Positions 21,849 to 29,637 of a stretch of 31,232 bases of DNA are shown in pieces. Numbering within the stretch: position 1 is the stretch's first letter; every line of letters begins with the position of its first letter. Source of the DNA: Candidatus Asgardarchaeum abyssi (GTDB lineage: Archaea > Asgardarchaeota > Asgardarchaeia > Asgardarchaeales > Asgardarchaeaceae); contig JBECUL010000027.1 in assembly GCA_040225955.1 (NCBI GenBank), positions 1 to 31,232 of the forward strand, in the 5' to 3' direction. The translations under genes were made by a program, and so were the position numbers. The notes beneath the pieces are model-generated. The model did no database searches and was not told the DNA's origin. It saw only the letters and a list, made by a program, of their open reading frames with translations.

Positions 21849-23437
21849 ATCTCTATTTCTAAGTGTTTCCAAGATTGCTTTTCTATGTCAAATAGGTCTT
21901 TCCTGAATTTCCAATAAACTCCATAAGCTAAATCTCCAACATAGATTCTCTTATCAAAAAGACTTGGATAGAATAGTTTAATGGCATTTAAAAAACCTCT
22001 AGATCCTCCAGGAGGCAAGTTTATTAATGATACAATGCACTCACTACTTCTACTCCACGAAGTAGTCACTCGTGGTAATTCATTTAAAGCTGAAGCAAGA
22101 CGTAATGCTTCATCCTCATCAAAATCGCCAACTATTAGTGCACTTTCTACAAGACCCAACATTCCCGCACTGGCTCTTCTTACAATAACTTTATTTTCTC
22201 TGAAAAATTTGAGTTTCTCGCTGAGTCTATTTGCACCAATCCTAAGCTTTTTTCTTAGATCTATGAAAGATATTTCCTTCTTATTCCAAACGTATTCTAG
22301 GATTTCTAAATCCTTTTCATCGAGATTTTTTATAACTTGAGGTGAAACCTTACTTAACGTATGTAAGTTATCTATGGGCCCCTCTTCCATTATCTTTTTG
22401 AGAAAGACTCCCCAGCTGTACCATGGAATATTCCATCTTCCGTTTCTATTATCATAAAGACGAACATTAATATACCTCACATCAAAACCATCTATTCTCA
22501 TTATTCTATAAGATACTGATCCTAGCTGCTTCGACAGTTTACTAGCAAATCTATCTAATATTGAGTAGTATGTATTTGTGTGTGGGCCGAGAAAAACCAA
22601 TAGAGCGGGGTTTGGACCATAAGGTATTTCATGAGCATTACAAAAGTATGGGTGCTTCTTTAATACACTAATGATTTCACTCCAATTTCCACCTGATTCA
22701 AAGAACACCAAATATGTAGATAGCCCGATCAACCAAAAATTAATTGTATCTTTCCATATAAGGATATAGCGTCGTCTAAGAGAATTAATGTGATTAGAGA
22801 GGGTAGCTTCCTTTATCTTCAGCGCCTTGGCAATTTGCGAACTTTTACTTGGTTGAAATCTGAGAATATACTCCAGTATTAATTTATCTGTATCTGAGAA
22901 TTTAGTGGCATATGTGGTCATATATTCTTCAAGGATTAGCGCATATTTTTCGAAATCTATTTTTTCCCTATACCTGTTTAGTCTCCAAAAAAGAGGCATT
23001 ATCTCAGATAAAAATTTTCCATTGCTGACAACGTTAAAATCTATAAATCCTTTTACGGGTCTATAGACAAACTTACCACAAAATGTTTTTTCTGGAGACT
23101 TAGCTTTCCAAAGTTCAATCCAAAGTTTTCTTACTTCTTCATTATTTTCAACTCCGATGTATGCATATAGCATTGCTAAATCATCCGATTCTTCTACATC
23201 TTTAAGATTGGGTGGCATAAATAATTTGAATACAAAAAAGCGAATTGCAGCTCTTAGTAGATCATCATCTTGCAAAAATAATTCAGGAATAACTAATATA
23301 TTGTCATCTGGTTTTTCTGCAGCTCCTATAGCTATCTTAATTGTGCTAATATCCAGCTCTCGCCTAATCCCTAAATATTCTCTGCATTTCAAAATTTCTT
23401 CTTTTAAGATATCTTTTATTTGATTAACAATACTCAT
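21845..23437 (-). CDS. Large putative transcriptional regulator with an N-terminal helical domain and two Lrp/AsnC-like HTH + ligand-binding modules
   Basis: HTH1 FSDTDKLILEYI...SQIAKALKIKEATLSNHINSLRRRYIL followed by INFWLIGL; HTH2 LDEKDLEILEYV...DLRKKLRIGANRLSEKLKFFRENKVI followed by MLGL. TATA-like TTTATAAG on - at 23471-23478. Confidence 0.7.
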   Translation of the reverse strand: MSIVNQIKDILKEEILKCREYLGIRRELDISTIKIAIGAAEKPDDNILVIPELFLQDDDLLRAAIRFFVFKLFMPPNLKDVEESDDLAMLYAYIGVENNEEVRKLWIELWKAKSPEKTFCGKFVYRPVKGFIDFNVVSNGKFLSEIMPLFWRLNRYREKIDFEKYALILEEYMTTYATKFSDTDKLILEYILRFQPSKSSQIAKALKIKEATLSNHINSLRRRYILIWKDTINFWLIGLSTYLVFFESGGNWSEIISVLKKHPYFCNAHEIPYGPNPALLVFLGPHTNTYYSILDRFASKLSKQLGSVSYRIMRIDGFDVRYINVRLYDNRNGRWNIPWYSWGVFLKKIMEEGPIDNLHTLSKVSPQVIKNLDEKDLEILEYVWNKKEISFIDLRKKLRIGANRLSEKLKFFRENKVIVRRASAGMLGLVESALIVGDFDEDEALRLASALNELPRVTTSWSRSSECIVSLINLPPGGSRGFLNAIKLFYPSLFDKRIYVGDLAYGVYWKFRKDLFDIEKQSWKHLEIEI

Positions 23438-23483
23438 GATACTTCACAAAACATCATTATGAATTAATAACTTATAAATATTC

Positions 23484-23552
23484 AAAAAATAAAAATAAAA
23501 ATGGCGAGGGGTGAGGCAGCTTGAGCGTGCCTCACACGGGGCATATGCCCCG
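23484..23552 (-). terminator. Two GC-rich hairpins followed by an oligo-T tract, downstream of the 23-aa ORF
   Basis: On -: CGGGGCATATGCCCCG palindrome (23537-23552), GTGAGGCA-N9-TGCCTCAC (23511-23535), then TTTTTATTTTTATTTTTT. Confidence 0.6.
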
Positions 23553-23565
23553 ACCCGATGACCCG

Positions 23566-23637
23566 CTATCCATCAATTGGCCAAGGCCAATCGTCATCGG
23601 GTGGCCAATCTGGTTCTGGGGTTGATTTGAGCACCAT
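23566..23637 (-). CDS. Unannotated 23-aa peptide MVLKSTPEPDWPPDDDWPWPIDG
   Basis: ATG at 23637-23635 and TAG at 23568-23566; GGTGA RBS 6 nt upstream, the same RBS type as neighbouring genes; repetitive DWP motif; GC-rich island in AT-rich DNA. Confidence 0.65.
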   Translation of the reverse strand: MVLKSTPEPDWPPDDDWPWPIDG

Positions 23638-24000
23638 CTTAGCTCACCGAGAAAAATAAAGCATGAAAAAGCTTCTCATTTTTGTAACAAAAATATCAGC
23701 ACCAGAAAAGCTTAAAATTCAAATCTGACATCGTAGATTTGTTCATTTTTAGTAAAATGAGCTAGGAAATCCCTAAAGTGATTATGGAGCTTATCTGTAA
23801 AAAAATTCGAAAAATCACAACCTAAGTTAAAGAAAATTACTATCTTTATATAAAGAATCAAAGGATCCAATATGATTCGAATTTAAATATTATTTAGTAG
23901 ACTTTCCGATGCGTTATAAGACCATTTATTAGATAAAAACATTTAAATTAAAACAGAAAAATTTAGTTATTTTTAATATAATTCAAGGCTGGTATGATAA

Positions 24001-25296
24001 ATGCTCGATTATTGGATTCAAAATGGAGATGCCTTTTATCTTAAACTTCAGAAAGATTATAATGTAAAGAACGTAGAAGAAACATTGAATTACCTTAATG
24101 AGCTTTTTGATACGATCTTCAGAAGAGATGGATCATTAACTATTTTTTCACGAACATTCTTTAGTGCACTTAATATTAAAAATTTAGAGGACCTTATACT
24201 GAAGGTTCAAAAGTCATTCTCAAATTATAAGGAGAGCAAGAATAAGGCTTGTATAATTTGTGGAAGGGATGGCGCAGGTACGGGAAAGGGATGGTTCTAT
24301 CCATTTATTATCACGAAAGATAAGTTCCCGAATATTTATCCTAATGCCAAGATAGATGCTATAACTTTTTGTAGGGATTGTGCTCTCCGCAGTTTACTTG
24401 CATACCATAACGTATTCTTTAGTGCACAGAATGATTATCTTACGTTTGTATTATTTTTCTCTGATAACGCAGAGTCCCTAATGTACATACTAGAAAAGAT
24501 AAAAAGAGAGGAAGCAGCCGAATACTACTTCAATATGAAATCTCTTGATAAAGTGTACTTTCCATATGAGTACCTTGCAGTTTTGCTTGACGCAATGACC
24601 TACAGAATTGAACGTGAAGAGCTTTTTAAGAGATCCCTTGGAGGTATTGTCTTCGGCTTACCAATTGGTAAAAGTAAGAAGAAAATCTTCGATTATGCTG
24701 AAGTTGTTACAAGACTAAATGATGTCATAAGGGCTTTCTTTAATTTCAGATATAGAATGGAAAAGAAATTTGGCGCTTCTGGTACTAATTACTTTAAAAT
24801 ACTATTCCAAAGTTTAAGAAGAGATCCAGGGCAAGATAGAGGCGATTTTATCGATAGAAATCAATTCTTTAGGTATATAATTAGATATGGTGAAATAAAC
24901 TGGAAGATTGCTGAGAATATTTTATTCTATAATATTAGAGCTGAGAGGAGAGGGTATCCTCCACCATATTTTACGGATTTCATAATATCAGTTTTGGAGG
25001 TGTTTAACATGTCTGAGAAAGAACTATTTGAAAAAGTTTCTAATATGGGGTATAGTTTGGGAAAATCCTTATTGCAGACCGAGAAGGATCCTAAAAAGGC
25101 AAAGCAACTTGCATTTGAGCTCAGACGGAAGCGAAAGCTGGAAGAATTTTTGGACGAACTAAATTTGATACAGCTCCATGCGGAAACAACAATCGATGAT
25201 AGGCCATTTAGGGAGAATGAAAAACTCTTTCCAAAGCTAAAAGTATTTTTCCTTATTGGGTTTGCTAATGCGATCTTTTCTAAAGAAAAAAGCTAA
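24001..25296 (+). CDS. cas8b: Type I-B Cascade large subunit (CxxC-CxxC Cas8b/Cst1-like)
   Basis: CIICG...CRDC Zn motifs; first gene before cas7-cas5-cas3. Confidence 0.82.
   Translation: MLDYWIQNGDAFYLKLQKDYNVKNVEETLNYLNELFDTIFRRDGSLTIFSRTFFSALNIKNLEDLILKVQKSFSNYKESKNKACIICGRDGAGTGKGWFYPFIITKDKFPNIYPNAKIDAITFCRDCALRSLLAYHNVFFSAQNDYLTFVLFFSDNAESLMYILEKIKREEAAEYYFNMKSLDKVYFPYEYLAVLLDAMTYRIEREELFKRSLGGIVFGLPIGKSKKKIFDYAEVVTRLNDVIRAFFNFRYRMEKKFGASGTNYFKILFQSLRRDPGQDRGDFIDRNQFFRYIIRYGEINWKIAENILFYNIRAERRGYPPPYFTDFIISVLEVFNMSEKELFEKVSNMGYSLGKSLLQTEKDPKKAKQLAFELRRKRKLEEFLDELNLIQLHAETTIDDRPFRENEKLFPKLKVFFLIGFANAIFSKEKS
25009..25296 (+). CDS. cas11: Cas11-like small subunit (95 aa) from an internal in-frame start in cas8b
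   Basis: GGAGGTG at 24996-25002, 6 nt before the in-frame ATG 25009 (MSEKELFEKV...); helical C-terminal domain. Confidence 0.75.
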   Translation: MSEKELFEKVSNMGYSLGKSLLQTEKDPKKAKQLAFELRRKRKLEEFLDELNLIQLHAETTIDDRPFRENEKLFPKLKVFFLIGFANAIFSKEKS

Positions 25297-25313
25297 ATTA
25301 GGGGGTTGAGAAG

Positions 25314-26201
25314 ATGAGAGCAAGGTTTATGGAGTTAACATTTTTAACAAAATTAGAAAAAACAAATGTTAACGCTAGCGGCACCGAGGGCAATATAACT
25401 GTTTTAAAGAAGACCGAGGATATTGATGGTACACAGAGAGTATATATCTCTGGAGCATCAATAAAGTACGCTATAAAGACCTATTTGAGTGAGTTAGGAT
25501 GGAAACTATCTCCCATAAAACGAAAAACAAAAACAGCACAAATTACTACTCAATGTGATGAAGAAAAATATATTGATGACGATTTGTTTGGATATATGGA
25601 TACCGAAACTGATAAGAAAAGGATCGCACCCGTTAAGACAAATGGTATGATATCAATATTCCCCTATAAGGGAGATATTGATAGAGGCGTTCGCTTTGAC
25701 CCAGAAGGAAAAGAGCATAGCATGTTTGATTTAGAAATCACAACGAATGTGTTCAGATCAAATTGGGCTATTGAACTAGACAGAGTTGGAGTCATCGAGT
25801 CAGAAAATAAAGAATTACCTGCTGATGAGAAAAATAAGCGAGTGAAGGCCCTTCTAACAGCAATTCTAAATCTATGGAGTCGAGTTAAACAGACAAATTA
25901 TCTAACCAAAATGTCACCCGATATTCTTGTACTGGTGTTTAGAGACGACAAGACATTGACAGTCGGCGATAAGCTTCGAATCGATGAATCCTATAATCTA
26001 GATATTGATGCACTAAAGGAAGTCTTAGATTATCACAAAGATGGTATTAAAGAAGTTTACATTGCAGGATTCGGTTCCTTCCTGAACAATTGGGATGAAT
26101 TAGTGAAAGAACTAAATGGCTACTTAGATGGAAAAGTAAAAGTGATGAAATTAACAGAGTTCAAGAATTTAGTTCTTAGTGAAGACTTTAAGTTTTTCTA
26201 A
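25314..26201 (+). CDS. cas7: Cas7 (Cst2/DevR-like) Cascade backbone subunit
   Basis: GNITVLKK, YISGASIKYAIK, YIDDDLFGYM and IELDRVG motifs. Confidence 0.92.
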   Translation: MRARFMELTFLTKLEKTNVNASGTEGNITVLKKTEDIDGTQRVYISGASIKYAIKTYLSELGWKLSPIKRKTKTAQITTQCDEEKYIDDDLFGYMDTETDKKRIAPVKTNGMISIFPYKGDIDRGVRFDPEGKEHSMFDLEITTNVFRSNWAIELDRVGVIESENKELPADEKNKRVKALLTAILNLWSRVKQTNYLTKMSPDILVLVFRDDKTLTVGDKLRIDESYNLDIDALKEVLDYHKDGIKEVYIAGFGSFLNNWDELVKELNGYLDGKVKVMKLTEFKNLVLSEDFKFF

Positions 26202-26218
26202 CAAAAAGGTGACTCTTT

Positions 26219-26920
26219 TTGAAGGGGGTACAATTTAACATACGAGGTGAGTTTGCACATTTTAGAAATCCATACACTATTTCATTTTTTGAAACACTAT
26301 TGGCCCCTCCCAAGACAACTATCGCAGGAATTCTGGGTGCTGCAATGGGCCTTGATGAGAAAGAAACTATAGAATTTACGAAAAAAATTCGTGCTGGTAT
26401 TAAAATTAGAAAAATTGCAGGATTCATGAAGGAGTTAACTACGTTTTATAACCTAAAATCAAAAAAGGAACCTACAAAAACTCCAATTCTTCGAGAGGTA
26501 ATAGTAAAACCAGAATACACAATTTATATTGGTTCTGAGGATGACGATTTAGTTGATCAAATAATTTCTGCATTGAAAGCACCAGAGCATCCGCTCTATC
26601 TGGGTATTAGTGACTATATAGCTCAACACGACTCAATAACAGAAGTAGAGTTTTCCGAAATTGAGAATGACTCCTTTGAGTGCGTTATACCATATTCAAA
26701 AGATATAAAGTATATTCCAGAAAACATTAATTTAAAGCCAGGCGCATTTTACATCGCGCCTAAAGTTTATCGAACGGTGCTCGAATATAAATATTCACCT
26801 AAAGGAAGAATTCCTGTACGATTTATTGATCTCATTATGTTCTATGGTTACACCCTTAAGCTTAGTAAAGCGATGAAAGCTTTTAAAACTTCAAAGGGGG
26901 AGGTAGTGTATCTAATATGA
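26219..26920 (+). CDS. cas5: Cas5
   Basis: GEFAHFRNP, PPKTTIAGILGAAMG and LYLG; TTG start with GGTGA RBS. Confidence 0.93.
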   Translation: MKGVQFNIRGEFAHFRNPYTISFFETLLAPPKTTIAGILGAAMGLDEKETIEFTKKIRAGIKIRKIAGFMKELTTFYNLKSKKEPTKTPILREVIVKPEYTIYIGSEDDDLVDQIISALKAPEHPLYLGISDYIAQHDSITEVEFSEIENDSFECVIPYSKDIKYIPENINLKPGAFYIAPKVYRTVLEYKYSPKGRIPVRFIDLIMFYGYTLKLSKAMKAFKTSKGEVVYLI

Positions 26921-29091
26921 CCCTGATGGCAAAAGATGATGAAACGCTATTACAACATTCTCTTAATACTCTAGAAAAAGCAATGGAGCTAACATCACAG
27001 ATAAAAAATAATAATTTAAGGCTATCCTCTCTACTTGCAGCTGCTTTACATGATATGGGCAAGGCTGATTCTCGCTTCCAGAAATACTTAATTGGGGGAC
27101 CTAAACCTCCTTCACACCCTCTTCTTAGTTTACCTATAGCTCATTATGTTCTTGAATCAATAGATTTGCCCGTTACCTTTAAGCAATTAATTCTTCTTGC
27201 CATTGCATCACATCATTCACCGTTTAAAAAAAGCTTATATGATAAAGTTAGTCTAAATTTGGGCATTCAATTGGATGATAATGCAATCTCAGAATTGAAT
27301 GAAATGATCTCTACAATTCTAAATAAAATAGGTCTAGAGTGTAAAATTTCTCTTTCTCTAGGCGCTTTGGAAAAACCAATAGTCGTATTTGAGTATGCAA
27401 AGGAGTATGTGATCCACGAGGCTAATTTTGAAATGAGAAATTTCTTCTCGATAATTTCTGGAACCCTTATGGCCGCAGATTACTATGCAAGTTCTCATAA
27501 GGAAATACCTCGACCCAAGATTCCAACAAGTTATGTTCCTATGCCTTATGATTACCAACTCAAAGCTTCCAGAATTAAAGGCAACCTGTTCATAATGCTT
27601 CCAACTGGAAGTGGTAAAACTGAAACGGCTCTATATTGGGCCTCCTCAAACTTCAAGAACAAGCTTTTTTACGTGCTTCCAACAACAACCACAATAAATG
27701 CTATGTTTCGTCGATTGAGAGAAAAATATAGCTTCGAAAAAAGACAGATTAGCTTTTATCACAGCTACGCAGATATGTTTTTGTTTATCGAGGGAGATGA
27801 AAATGAAGAAGACTTGCTCTTCTTTAAATATTTCCTGTACCCCATTTCTGTCACGACACCCGATCAGCTAATTTTAACCCTCCTAAATCATAAGAGATAT
27901 ACCCTCAAAAATTATGGGTTCCTTCGATCCACTTTTATTTTTGATGAAATTCATACATATGATGCAGAAACATTTTTCCTGATCAAGTATCTGCTCAAGT
28001 ATTTGCAAGAATACGACGTAAAAGTATGTGTGATGAGTGCTACATTCCCAGAAAAATACAAGGAAGAGTTAGAATTTCTTAACGCGGTAGATCTCCTTAG
28101 TGCAGATGAAGTTAAATCAATCTACAAGTCTACTAAGAGAACCATCCCTATAGTCTATCAGGATAGCATTTTTAATCATGTTAATGAAATAGTGAATGAA
28201 TATGAAAAGGGAAAGAAGGTCCTAGTAGTTTTGAATACCGTTAAAAGAGCCCAAGAAATGTACTCCATACTTAAAGAAAAAGTAAATCGCATATTACTCT
28301 TTCACAGTAGATTTGCCTTTGGCCATAAAATTAAGAAGGAGGGAAAGATCACAGGTACTGGGACCGATAAAGAGTTTTGCTCACAACCACATATTCTAGT
28401 TGCTACTCAAATTGTAGAGGTATCTCTGGATGTAGATTATGATGTAATGTTTACTGAGGCTGCATATCCTGACTCTATCGTACAAAGAGCTGGACGTGTC
28501 AACAGAAGAGGTCTTAAATCAAAAGCTTTTGTAAATATATTTACTCCAGAAGCCCCTCATCCCTATAAAAAGCAGTACCTTGAAGTCTCTTTAGGCCTTT
28601 TAGAAGAAGTAAGTTCTAAATATAACTCTGAACTGGATTATGTAGAGCTCACTAATGACTTCTATAACTCCATATGGGACTATTTGAAAAAGGAGGAAGA
28701 AGATAGATATCAACGTATGTGGAAACTCTATCTTAACTACATCTTCTCCGCAGACTTAAGTGATATCAGAGTACAAGAACTTTTGAAAACTCGCAGTGGC
28801 ATTCTAACAATCCCTGCGTATCCAAATACCTTCAGATTAAAAATTGAATGCATAAATGAAAAAATTGAGAAATTAACTTCCAAAATAAGGAAACTGAAGA
28901 AATCTCGCGAGAAAGAAAGGCTTAAACGAAAAAGAATGAAGTGGGTAAGGAGAAAAAGGTTGTACCTTGTTAACGTACCAGTTTTTTATAAGGACTATCT
29001 TGAATATGACAAGTATCATAACGAGTTTTATGTCACGCTCAAATATGACACAGAATATGGCCTAAGAGATGAAATGGATAACATGATTTGA
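26917..29091 (+). CDS. cas3: Cas3 HD nuclease-helicase fusion
   Basis: HD domain (LLQHS, HDMGK, SHH, AADY); helicase motifs PTGSGKT, DEIH, SAT and QRAGRVNR. Confidence 0.96.
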   Translation: MTLMAKDDETLLQHSLNTLEKAMELTSQIKNNNLRLSSLLAAALHDMGKADSRFQKYLIGGPKPPSHPLLSLPIAHYVLESIDLPVTFKQLILLAIASHHSPFKKSLYDKVSLNLGIQLDDNAISELNEMISTILNKIGLECKISLSLGALEKPIVVFEYAKEYVIHEANFEMRNFFSIISGTLMAADYYASSHKEIPRPKIPTSYVPMPYDYQLKASRIKGNLFIMLPTGSGKTETALYWASSNFKNKLFYVLPTTTTINAMFRRLREKYSFEKRQISFYHSYADMFLFIEGDENEEDLLFFKYFLYPISVTTPDQLILTLLNHKRYTLKNYGFLRSTFIFDEIHTYDAETFFLIKYLLKYLQEYDVKVCVMSATFPEKYKEELEFLNAVDLLSADEVKSIYKSTKRTIPIVYQDSIFNHVNEIVNEYEKGKKVLVVLNTVKRAQEMYSILKEKVNRILLFHSRFAFGHKIKKEGKITGTGTDKEFCSQPHILVATQIVEVSLDVDYDVMFTEAAYPDSIVQRAGRVNRRGLKSKAFVNIFTPEAPHPYKKQYLEVSLGLLEEVSSKYNSELDYVELTNDFYNSIWDYLKKEEEDRYQRMWKLYLNYIFSADLSDIRVQELLKTRSGILTIPAYPNTFRLKIECINEKIEKLTSKIRKLKKSREKERLKRKRMKWVRRKRLYLVNVPVFYKDYLEYDKYHNEFYVTLKYDTEYGLRDEMDNMI

Positions 29092-29628
29092 GTGGTTCAT
29101 ATGGACGACGAATCTATTAACAAACTTTTGAGAAAATTACAACTAGGCGGGACGCAGATTAACTATTATTTCATCTGTAAAACGAAATTATGGCTCTTTT
29201 CCCATAAGATAACATTCGAAGACACTTCGGACTTGGTCAGGCTCGGAAAGTTGTTACATAAAATGTACTACAACAAAGAAGAAAAAGATGTAATTATTGA
29301 TTCTATTGCTATTGACTTCATTAAAAATGGCAATGTGTTGGAGGTTCATGAAATAAAGAAAAGTGACAGAGAATTCGAGGCAGATAAATTTCAAGCACTA
29401 TACTACCTCTACTTTTTAAAGAAAAAAGGGATCTCTAATGCCGTTGCTATAATAAACTATGTGAAGCTGGGAAAAGTAGTGCGTATCACCCTATCTGAAG
29501 AAAGTGAACGCGAAATCAAAGAAGTAATTGACGAAATCAAATCTATAATCTCTTTAGAAAAACCTCCAGAACCTGTTAAAATGAAGAAATGCACAAATTG
29601 CGCATATTATTACTTTTGCTGGGGATGA
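29092..29628 (+). CDS. cas4: Cas4 exonuclease (start possibly ATG 29101)
   Basis: GTQINYYFICKTKLW, IDF, EIKKS, QALYYLY and C-terminal CTNCAYYYFC Fe-S ligands. Confidence 0.95.
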   Translation: MVHMDDESINKLLRKLQLGGTQINYYFICKTKLWLFSHKITFEDTSDLVRLGKLLHKMYYNKEEKDVIIDSIAIDFIKNGNVLEVHEIKKSDREFEADKFQALYYLYFLKKKGISNAVAIINYVKLGKVVRITLSEESEREIKEVIDEIKSIISLEKPPEPVKMKKCTNCAYYYFCWG

Positions 29629-29637
29629 CAAATAACA

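Noticed and set aside
23501-23524. + strand mini-ORF MARGEAA* in the GC island, or a tRNA interpretation of the island
   Set aside because: No RBS or terminator on +, and no cloverleaf or TTCGA T-loop; the - strand peptide reading is much better supported.
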